64,000 nt of DNA from Vicugna vicugna (taxonomy: Eukaryota), in the NCBI GenBank assembly GCA_013265495.1, contig MU058718.1:806001-870000 (forward strand), read 5' to 3'. Positions 53,296-64,000 of this stretch are shown here, in pieces. The position numbers and the translations under genes were made by a program. How positions within the stretch are numbered: the first letter of the stretch is position 1; each line of letters begins with the position of its first letter. The notes under the pieces were generated by a model. The model was not told the origin of the DNA and did no database searches. It worked only from the letters and a program-made list of their open reading frames with translations.

Positions 53296-55490
53296 TTGTA
53301 TTTTCCTAATTTACTATAAATTTAAGGACTAATTTCATTTCAACATATAATGTGTGATTTCTGGCTTTTCTTAATGGAAAGAAATTCTCACTTTGTGCTT
53401 TGGACATCCTAATGCTGCTGTGGATTGCAAGGAAGTTTCTATACCAGCACAAGTTGTGTTTTGGACAGGGTGCCGATAATTGGCTTAACAGCAGTGCATC
53501 TGACAGTTTTCCCTATTGAAATTTGTTTTGACAATTCTGTCAAAGTATGGGGGAAGAGAAATACCATTATTTTTTAAAATGTGAACCTTAACTAGAGAAT
53601 ATTATGATTTGCATGTTTTAAGTACTGTCATTTCAGCTGTATTTGCATGAAGTATTTTTTTTGGATACTAGTATTTGTGTAAATGTTGGTTCCTAAATGG
53701 AATAATTTTGTGCCACTTAACGGGGAAATTTTGTCATTAAAGAATGACTGGAGAGGACTGGTCTTTATAAGAGATGCATTATTAAAATTTCTGGACTTTT
53801 TTGAGGAGAAGGGAGGGAGTGTGGTGTTTGTTTCGTATTAGAACTGGTAGAGTTGCAGATTTTTATTATCAGTCTTACTAAAGAATATTGTTTAAGAGCA
53901 GTAGGGATCATGCTTTCAATATCATTTTTTCCTGTATGTTAGTCTGGAAGTGTGGCCAGTTGTATTGTTAGGTATCCGTTGGTTTTAGAAGGCTGACATA
54001 GACTTACTGTATTTTAAAGAAAAGTCTTATAGTTTAAACTACTATTGTAAACAGCAGCTCTAGGGGAACTGCTAATTAAATGTATATTCTTCTTGGTTGT
54101 AGTCTTTGCATTTCAAAGATTTTCCTATGGATATTTTCTTGTTTTCTTGAAGATGTTTAACTTTGATCTTAATTAAATGCTGGCTTAACAGTTCATGTTA
54201 TTTACATGTGTGTTTATATATATATGTGCAGAATTTATCTTTTGTTATTATATTGCTTAAATTTATAGAAAATATCTGGTTAGTGGTGTAGATTAATTGG
54301 TATTACTGGGATTTTATTTAAAATGGTACTCATTAAAAACTTTGCTTTACAGCTTGGACTAGAAAAACTAATTTGGGAATATTAGAAAATGGGCTTGAAT
54401 ATGTAGTATATTACTTCTACAGCTCTAGTTTCCCCTCAGGAAATACCTGATGATGTTGAGGATTCACATAATTTTAATTTGGTAACAATGTCGGCACATT
54501 TGAGAAATTGGCTTTTCAGCTAATAACTTGTAGGAGCTCTTTGGCTAAAACTTGCAAAGAAGGGTTTTGGTATTTTTACTTAACAGAGTCATTAGGCTGA
54601 GAGCTTCAGGATGAGAAAGATATTTTAAAGTAAAGCATGAACTCTTGATCATTTTATAAAAACATTTTGCTTGAACTAATTTTTCCTCACTTAATACTAC
54701 CTACTATCAAAAGATGTATCTGGTTTTGAGTTCTGAGCTTCTACTGGTCTGCTGTGTCTGTAGCACTTCCTTGGAGAAAGCAGGCTGAAAGAACCAGGCC
54801 ATGTAAGAATGGAGCTCTGGAACCGGAGAATTCCTGTTTCATGGTTCAGATCTCAGTCTTTTCCCTCCTACATTGCAGAAAGCACATTGTTTTCATCTGT
54901 GCATATAAGTGTTCTTTCCCCCCTGACTGTGCTGAGATTATTGGCTGTTGGCTTTCCATTGAAAAATTACTTTTGTGGTAATGTTATGTGGTTTGCTAAA
55001 TATTGTATATGTAGCATCCCTGGTTTCTGTTAAAGGCTTAAAAACACTGATGTTTAAACTTCTAAAGGGAAGTTTTGTTTTTGTGGATTTTTTAATATCA
55101 TGTTGCATGTGATCAGATACTTCATATTTGTATTTTTATCATTCTTGAATGGTGGAAATAAAAAATATTCCAAGTGATTAGCAAATAACTATGTTTGAAC
55201 AGTCTGGGTGGTAACTTCAATTTAACTGGTTGCTGTAAGAATTCAGGTTTTAAATTTTAAGTTATATATTATTCTTTTAGTACAAGCTATATCCTCTGGT
55301 CAGTTTGCTGGTAATTCTGCTTTTGGTTGAAAGTTAAATATGAAAGTAAAACTCAGTAGCATCTTTGATTTCTGATTCTAAGAGAACAGTGATTTTTTTT
55401 TTATGGAAACTTAGTTGCCACCTCCTTTCCAAATTAGCAGTTGACTTAATGCCAAGGCATGTTGATAACTGGCTTGTGTTTTTCTTCCAG

Positions 55491-55603
55491 CTTGTCCTTC
55501 CAGAGTACCTCATCCATGCTTTCTTCTGTGTCATGTTTCTTTGTGCAGCAGAGTGGCTTACACTGGGTCTCAATATGCCCCTCTTGGCATATCATATTTG
55601 GAG
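55491..55603 (+). CDS. CNIH1: CNIH1 coding exon 3
   Basis: ttccag| [37 protein letters not shown]+AG |gtaata; 113 nt. Confidence 0.96.
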
Positions 55604-56687
55604 GTAATATTTAGATACACTTCTAATACTTTTCCTAATTAAATTTTAATTATACTTTGGTTGATATGGTTATCACATGCTACTCACCTAAATGAAAACT
55701 GAAAATTAGTTGGCATTTATTTTTAAAACCATGTGGATGAACAAATAACTGTTTAATACCTCTTGTGAAGCTTATGTTACTACTCTTTAAAGGACTTTTT
55801 AAAAAATGAGGTATAACTTGCAAACGGTGATGTGTGCATGTTTGAAGTGTACAGCTCGGTAAATTTTTATATATGTTTACACACCTGTGAAACTACCACC
55901 AAGATTGAGATAACACAGCAGTTCCCGCTCCGCAGGAGAGTCCCTTATGCCCCTTCTCAGTCAGTTAGCCCTGTACCTCCCCAGGAGGACCAGTGATTTG
56001 CAGCTTAGATTCATTTTGTCCATCTTTGAACTTCATGTAAATCAAAATGTATGGTGTGTGTCTACTTCCTTCTCCATGTTTACTTTATGACTTTAAATTT
56101 GGTTATTTATAGAAAATACTCATATTTCATAACTTCTGAAAGTTATATCTGATCTGTACAGAGTGAGAGTTTTTTGTTTTATGTAGGCGTATCACAGTCT
56201 CATTGCTGTTGATTTTAGGAAATACATACTGAGGAAATATTTAGGAATAAAGTGGTTTCACATCTATAACTGGCCCTGAAATGGCTCAGAAAAAAAATGT
56301 ATGTGTATTTAGAGAAAGAACAGACAAGAGAAGGATAAAGCCATGTGGTAAATGTGAACATTTGGAATATCTTGGTGAAGTGTTCTTTATGTTAAAATAA
56401 AAAGTTGAAAGAAATAAATCATACTTCCTTTTACAGTTATTTTTCTTGGATTTCTGAAAGTGTAGAAGAGACCAGATGTGACTTGTTTAACTGTCCTGTT
56501 CTCTTTAGGGTTTCCAGTTTTAAAATAAAGATAATAAAAGAAAGGAACTCCACTTAGAACTAAAAATATGCTTCCCTATGTGGACTACCTCTCACTGTAA
56601 CAAATATTATTTGAGAAGGAAAACACTCCTTTCCATCCTGAAGGTTAGCTTCCATTCTGAGTGGCTAATCAACTGTGTTTATTACAG

Positions 56688-56831
56688 GTATATGAGTAGA
56701 CCAGTGATGAGTGGACCAGGACTCTATGACCCTACAACCATCATGAATGCAGATATTCTAGCATATTGTCAGAAAGAAGGATGGTGCAAATTAGCTTTTT
56801 ATCTTCTAGCATTTTTTTACTACCTATATGG
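56688..56831 (+). CDS. CNIH1: CNIH1 coding exon 4
   Basis: ttacag| G+[47 protein letters not shown]+GG |gtaagt; 144 nt. Confidence 0.96.
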
Positions 56832-57361
56832 GTAAGTTTAAAAAATAAAATGAAAATACGATTTCACTTTACTGCCTAAAAAGTTTGCAGGCATTATGGT
56901 CTGAACGCCTTAAAATCCACTTGAAGAATAACTCAGTGTCTTGAATGGTGATAACTGCTAGTGGTGTGGTTCACACCAGCTAATTCACACACATCTGATA
57001 AACTGGTACTTGTCAAGGCAGCCAACTGGTGTGTAGTTAGAGGCAGAAAGTTGGGTCAGGGATGCTGCTTCCAAAGCCTCAGTCAGTGAAGAACAGTCCT
57101 CATTCTGCATGGCAGAGTGATGGCATTGAGAGGATATGGCCATGTGACGATATAAAAAGGCTTTTGCTTGGCTTTCACATCTGTCTTAAGATTGTGTTTA
57201 ATTTTTCCTTTATCATTCTTCATAAACTATTCTCTGCCCTTTATTTTCTGGTTTGCATGTTCCAAATGGGATGAAGGAAAGAAACAGGTCTGTCTTACAG
57301 GATGATTATTGATTTTTCTCTCTTTATACAGTGATGGACTCTTACCATGGTTCCTCTTGGT

Positions 57362-57578
57362 CAGGGTTTCTTGGCCTTGGCACTGTTGGTATTTTGGGCA
57401 GGATAAATCTTTGTTGTGAGGCAGTCCTGTGCATTGTAGGATGTTTAGCAGCAACTCCGGTCTCTACCCACTGGATGCCAGTAGCATCACCCTGCCCCAG
57501 TCATAATAACCAAAAATGTCTTTGGGCATTGCCCGATGCCCCCTGTGGGGCAAAATGAGCCCTAGTTGAGAGCTACTG
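57362..57578 (-). mobile_element. MER20 DNA transposon in CNIH1 intron 4
   Basis: cagggtttct…ttggcactgttggtattttggg…tgtgcattgtaggatgtttagcagca…ggggcaaaat…gttgagagctactg. Confidence 0.8.
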
Positions 57579-58852
57579 TTCTAGGTGTACTCTAGGTGGA
57601 GTAAATCGGCTGCTTATTGACACTGGTAGTGGACACTGGCAAGTGTTGAGTTAAAATTTTTCTTTAAGCTATATAAATACACTTTTTTTATCTTTTATTG
57701 ATGAATATATTCAGCTGGAGGGCTTTCCACCTGATTATCAAAGTATGAAGAAAATTAGCTAAAGTAGATGAAAGTACTGTAAAAATTAAGCTTCTATTCT
57801 CTCTCCTTTTTGTTACTTGAAAACTCGGTATTAAATGGTAGGCTTATATTTATATTTCTTGTTGACATCATGTAACTTTCCATTATGGAAAAGGATGAAG
57901 TGCTAGATTGAAATTTATGAGAAATGTATTTTTATGCTTTTAGAGATTTGTGAAAAGTGAGTGTCCTTTAGTGCATCTACAGGTGTTCATACATGAAACA
58001 AAGATAGTGAAAAAGTTCTGAAAAGTGAACTTCCATGTGTCCCTTGATTTGTTAATTTTCGTTTTTTTAAGTTTCCATAATAAATGTCTGGAATAGTGCT
58101 AGCATATAGTAGGCAATTAAAACATATTTGTTGTAAGAAGGAAAATAAATGAATTGTTGAATAGATGATAAAATTGGAGATGTCGAGTTGTGGGAAAATG
58201 TTCACCAGGAGATGTCATTCATTTCTGTTTTAAATTGTCTATCAAGTATGCTCACCTCCTTGCTTTGTATTTACATTTAGATACCCATGCTTTTGAACCA
58301 CGCCTCTCCCACATGTTCTTCATGTAGGGTTGCCCAGCAGCCTAAATCAAATGGTTATTGGCTTTTATTTTGCTTGCTTCTCCCCTTTTCTTTTTTTAAC
58401 TCTGCTGCTGTTGCCTGGAGTGTTTCTCTAATGGGGAAATTCCTTAACTGATCATTCCTTCTGTAAAATGGGGATAATGTTGGTACCTACTCTGCTTCCT
58501 AGGAGGTAACAGAAGGCCTGGCATAAAGTGAGCCCCTGGAGATGCTCACTCCTGTTAGACACAGGGTGCTGTTTTGGATTGCTTCTCTAAGCTCTGATCC
58601 CCCATTAAGCTTTCAGCTGTGCTGTTCTTGCTAAAATTGGAAAGGAAATAGGGGACAACTACAGCACATGCACTGAGCCAATCCTACCTTAGGCAAAAGT
58701 CCATAAATGCAGATTAAAATCATATTGTGAACAAGTTCTGTGATGGTGTGATATCACCAGCTAGTTTGCTATATAAAGCAGACTCAACTTTTTGGTTTTC
58801 TTAGTTTTATAATTAAGAATGTTTGAATTAACAGCCTTTTTCTTTTTTTCAG

Positions 58853-58880
58853 CATGATCTATGTTTTGGTGAGCTCTTAG
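58853..58880 (+). CDS. CNIH1: CNIH1 coding exon 5 (stop)
   Basis: ttttcag| C+MIYVLVSS-TAG. Exons total 435 nt = 144 aa. Confidence 0.95.
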
Positions 58881-59743
58881 AACAACACTCAGAAGAACTG
58901 GTCCAGTTAAGTGCATGCAAAAAGCCACCAAACAAGGGGATTCTATCCAGCAAGATCCTGTTTCCAAGAGTAGCCTATGGAATCTGATCAGTTACTTTAA
59001 AAAATGACTCCTTATTTTTTAGATGTTTCCACATTTTTTGCTTGTGGAAAAACTGTTTTCATATGTTATACTCAGATGAAGAATTTAAATGGAATTACGT
59101 ATAAATTAATATAAAATGACACCTCTGGTGTTGACAGGTTTGAACTTGCACTCCTTAAGGAACAGCCATAATCCCTTGAATGATTGCATTAATTAGTGAC
59201 TGTCCTTAGTCCATTGGAAGCTTTCATTTATAGGAACTCATAGGGCTCATTTTGGTTTTATTGAAGTGCCATTTAATTATAAATTAGCTGTAGATATCAG
59301 GTGCTTCTGATGATCTGAAAATATATATCTGACCTGTAGGAAACTTCGTGGGTTTCCTGTCTATCATGTAGGTGATTATATATGGATACATTAAAAAAAT
59401 AAGAAGAGTGGGATTTTTTTCCCTTCGATTTGAAATATCCCTGTATATTGCATGAAGGAGAGATTTCCCTTATTTCCACCAGAGTAATATACTTGCTTTA
59501 ATTCTTAAGCATAAGTGAACATGATACAAAAATATATGCTGACTTACTTGTGAAGAATGCATTGAAAGCCATTTTAAATGTGTTTTAATTTGTGAGACAC
59601 TACTTATTAACAAATTGGTTATTATACTTAACTGTTCTAGTCTGGTGGTAAAGGTATTCTTAAGAATTTGCAAGTACTTTAGATTTTCAAAACTGAATGA
59701 GAGAACGTTGTATAACCATCCTGCTGTTCCTTTAGTGCAATAC

Positions 59744-59749
59744 AATAAA
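59744..59749 (+). terminator. CNIH1: Proximal polyadenylation signal of CNIH1
   Basis: AATAAA about 860 nt after the stop, with upstream TGTA and downstream T/GT-rich sequence; a second AATAAA at 59824-59829. Confidence 0.7.
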
Positions 59750-62700
59750 ACTCTGAAATTAAGACTTTTCAGTGCATTGTTTTAAAGATTACAAATAGCT
59801 ATTTCTTAAACTTGCTTATTCCAAATAAAGACATATCGCTGTCAGTTTTTTAAAAAGATAGTAAAGTATTACATTTTTTTTTAATACCATGCTTGGATCT
59901 ACAAAGGAAAACTTTTAAATGGTTAAGCACATTACCATATCTATTGTCACTGGTCAAGATTCATAAACACTGGTGGCACAGCACCATCATTTTTCTTACC
60001 AATTAAAATTTTTATTTTGAAACTTAAAATGTTTAAAATATTTTTTTCCTTTTTGAAACAGTAGGTTTTAAGGTAAAATGTGACAAATTTGTGTTTTTGC
60101 TGCTGCTTGTAAAGCAGGTAAATTATGGCTTGTGTGTTTTCATAAGCATTCTTGTGCTTTATTTGGGATGAGGAAGTTAAGGCAATTGAAAATAGTGTAA
60201 ATGGTTCAAAGTTTCTTAAAGGATCAAAGAAAGAAAACCAGTATACATAGAAACTCCACATAATGATCAACGGAGTTTATGGATGTGTTTGTGGAAGTCT
60301 TACTCTAAGTACCACTTGAATTAGATGCTGTTTTATTCTCTACTAGTGAAAAAATGCTTCCCCACCTTTGGGAGAGTGGCTGTTACTGTTTTAAGATTGG
60401 GTAATGGGGGTGAAAATGTTGAAGAAGAGGATGTAGAACCAGAAGAATAAGGAGAGTCAAACCATTTCATAATGAGAGGAGCTTTGTAACGACCTTATAT
60501 TTTGTACTCTGGAGAATGGCTCGAGGGATCTGACTGTTCATCAGTTCATGTAGTAAATTGTTTATTGAGCTCTTGCTAGGCACTGAAGACTCATGATCTG
60601 AGTGTAAGCAGCCATTCAGTTTCTAATCCACTCGATTGTAGCAGCATGCATTCATTTTTCTTTCTTGTTCACAAGTACTTTTGATCATGAGAGAGCTGGC
60701 CAAGTCTTCCATGCTTCAGATAGGTTTCCTGGGGCCATTGCTTTTGTATTCTTGCCAAAGCATTTTTCTGAGTCCTTGCTGTCTCTTAGCAAACACCACT
60801 TCCCTTTATAAGTTTTAACAAACATCCTTTTAATAATGTATTTCACAATATTCTCCAGGATTAATGCAAGGTTTACTGCTTGCAATTTGTAGAAGCCACC
60901 TTCTCATGCTTCAAAAATCAGATATGTCGTCCTTAGCTGATTCTTCAAAGATGGCTTGACAGTAAGGTTCATCCATCTCAGTAGTAGGTTGTTAGTTCCT
61001 TGTCATGTAATTGATTAGAAGGTTGGGGACCTGGATGCGCTCATAATATCTACTCATCTTTACCTATTTCAGTGTTTTATGAAATTAAGTCACTTACCAA
61101 GACAAAGCACAAACCTAATATTTGCATTTGACAGTATCCCGCTGGTTCTCTTCCTTGCTCTGAGTTTAATTTCTTCCCCCATTAATCTGGTTTAGGCGCC
61201 CCTAGCCATCTTCCTTTTTTTCCTGCATGCCCAGCTGGAACTTAGTTAGCCTGGGTTTGTGATCCTTTCCAGCTTTAGTCAGACCACCCTGTGCAGCCAT
61301 AGCTGTTTATTTAGGATTCTTTTTTCCTTTGTTATAGTTACTTTTGCTATTGTGTGTTTTGATTTATCTTTAAGAACTTTCCAACCCTCTGAAACCATGA
61401 GTGTAACACACTGTGGCTTATGTCTATATCAGCAGCTCTGTTGCTGTTGGTCCTACAGATCCTCCATTAAAAGTCCTATGTAACAAATGTAGTCTATTTA
61501 GCAGTTACTCATTTGAATAATAGTGTATCATGGCAATATGTCCTGTTAGTGCTAAGGAGTATAGGGGTAGAAACTTACTTAAATGTCCGAATCTGAATTT
61601 TATTAATAACATTTGATGATTTTCACGATATTTAACTGATAGTCACTCCCTATCCCAGGGTAAAGGAGAGTTGGGTCACAGGCTGCACATAAACTGCTAA
61701 TTTGTTTGAAGTTTGAATTGCTTTTCATGGGAAGTGGGTAGTGATAGGAAATGACCAGACAATCCACTTCTGACACGTATCAGGTATTAACTAAAGCATT
61801 TGAGAAGCCTCATGGATTATACCATGAGTTGCCAGACCTACCAGTCAAGTTCAGATACCCAGATAATGAGCTTACACAAAGCAACAGAATGCATGGCAAT
61901 TTGCAATACGTGTCTTTTTGAAAGCCTGTTCGGTATTTTTCAGCTTGAGGATCACTCATGGTAGTAGCTCTCATAGAGCTCTTCTCTGCTCCGCAGATCA
62001 ACATTTTGAAAATGTCAGATAATTGCATAGAAAGGAAATAGAGATGTAGATACACTTTGAAACTAGCAAGTTGTTTTCCTTGGTACAACACTTTTCCCCT
62101 CCAGTTATGTATTTATGAACAGTGTTCATGGAATATTATTGCTGTAGCACCAAGAGTGGCTCCTGTGGGTTCCACACACCTGTAGGAGGGTGGGCTTTCA
62201 CTTTAAGTATGGCTCCATCATAGCAAGTGTGATATATTGAGCCCATTAAAATGACCTATATTTAAAAGTATGTATCTAATCTGTTTACATCATGTAACAC
62301 AGATGTGCATCTCTCAGTAATCAGCTGTATAGTATAATTGTAAATCAGAAGTTTTAACAGCCAATATATTTTAGAACAACACTTTTCAAAGGGGAAAAAT
62401 AAAAATATCAATATGTTGTCTAGCATTGTTCATGAGAGTACCCATATTTGGATACTGTTAATGTTAATCTCAAATAATTTAAGCTTTTTTGCTCAAACCA
62501 GTCATTGATCTGCGGTGAGACCAGCAGCTAATGAATCTCTGGCACTAGTACTGTACAGCTCAGCAGATGGTTCTGAACTAATACTCGAGGGTGATGCCAA
62601 GAGAGAAAATGTGATTCTATTTCTGGATATGTTGAATAGCTTTCTTAGAACAATTATTTTGATTAAAATTAAGAGTTCTAAAGCTAAATGTCTAAAAGGA

Positions 62701-63122
62701 GTAAACAATTCTGTTGCTTGTTCTGCTTGGTTTTGGGAAAAAACCATGTAAGGTAACCTGTGGCGTTGGAAAGAAGGTTTTACCCTACATTAATTTTATT
62801 AATGCACATTGTGGAAGATGTAGAGAACATCTTGACATGGAAAACAATGATAAGTTAACTTTTACCATACAGTGCTTTCCCTAAACATTTAAATTTCTTC
62901 GGTTACCATGTTCGTGTAGAAAAACTTCTTGAATAATAAATGGATGACTAGGTAGACCTTAAAACTACTAAGGGAAACACAGAATGTAGTTAGCTGTCTG
63001 TGCTCATGGTTTGTTAACATCTAAATTAACCTTAATGGTGCTGTATCACTGTCCAAAGACAATGCGCTTATGTCATCCTGCCTTCTTAGAGCTTGCCTGC
63101 TTTATTTTGCTTTTGTACATTT

Positions 63123-63128
63123 AATAAA
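63123..63128 (+). terminator. CNIH1: Candidate distal polyadenylation signal of CNIH1 (long 3'UTR)
   Basis: ttttgtacatttAATAAAaactgtc followed by GT/T-rich tgtttccttgtgtacttt. Confidence 0.5.
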
Positions 63129-64000
63129 AACTGTCTCAAATGTTTCCTTGTGTACTTTATGGATGATAGTTGAGTCTGGGTGTTGATTCTATTTCAGCAA
63201 CTAACTGGCTTGTGTATGACCAGGACTCTAGCTGGTCTCTCTGCCTCCTCCCACCTCCCAACCCCATTGTTTTGAGGGCTGTCCTGCAGGTTGACCTGAG
63301 AAAATGCTTTTCCAAGAATGTTGGAATTACATTTTTATTAAACTTAATTGGACAATTATATTTGAGTAGTGACATCCCATGTTTCTTTGTTATAGAGTAA
63401 CTGATGTTCCTTCTTATACTAGGTATTAAAGTAGTTAAGCATGTTAAATGTGGAAGGCTTACTAGCACTTGGAGAGGAAATTAGAGATGCATGCATTCTG
63501 AAAATTCAGTTGATCATCAAAGGATTTGATTAGTCCATGTCGATATTTTTCCTCCATTTTCTTAAGTATTCATGAATAAGCTATATTTTTATATTGGGAG
63601 AAAGCTAATATAAGGTTTGGTAATGTCAGTTTCAATGACTATTTAAAGTTTAATGGAAAATTGTGATTTAAATTATATAATACCAAAATCATGAGGAAGG
63701 TCAACCTGTTATTGGAGCCTGTACTTTAAAAAAATAACTTCCTTGCCATAACTTTTGGCATTTACTATCTTGGTTAAGAAATCCATAGGGATATGTGATT
63801 CTTCCACCTTAAAAGCCTTCTAAAATCTTATGTTCTAAAAGCACTGTGTATATGAAAGTATTAAAAATACTGATTTTATATTATGGTACATGCTTGCTCT
63901 CTGGTCTGACAGTTCCAAATAGCAACTAGTAATTGTTTTAAAGTATTCCCTAATGAAATTACATTAGTTCACCAGAGCAAGAAGAGTGAGAGACAAAGTA

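Noticed and set aside
62502..62751. Paired short ORFs as a possible CDKN3 terminal exon
   Set aside because: Translations do not resemble CDKN3; the region is better explained as CNIH1 3'UTR/flank.

Overview
Mammalian (eukaryotic, intron-rich) genomic DNA, probably from a camelid, judged from three copies of a tRNA-Ala-like SINE resembling the camelid vic-1 family. It holds the CGRRF1-GMFB-CNIH1 block. The first coding exon of CGRRF1 is on the minus strand (4921-5024; the rest lies off the left edge). GMFB is complete (+, 7 coding exons, 16667-26652, 142 aa, 3'UTR about 3.6 kb), as is CNIH1 (+, 5 coding exons, 47049-58880, 144 aa). Each gene has a CpG-island promoter. The rest is mostly old repeats (ERVL/MaLR LTRs, L1, L2, MIR, MER3/MER20/Tigger). 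Repeat families and gene identities were assigned from remembered sequences, not from a database search. I see no support for a wholly new multi-gene system. The most interesting signal is GMFB intron 4, a minor-spliceosome (U12) AT-AC intron. It contains a 10-nt U2-type microexon candidate that would give an in-frame isoform bypassing the U12 intron. Most ORFs in the supplied track are spurious.
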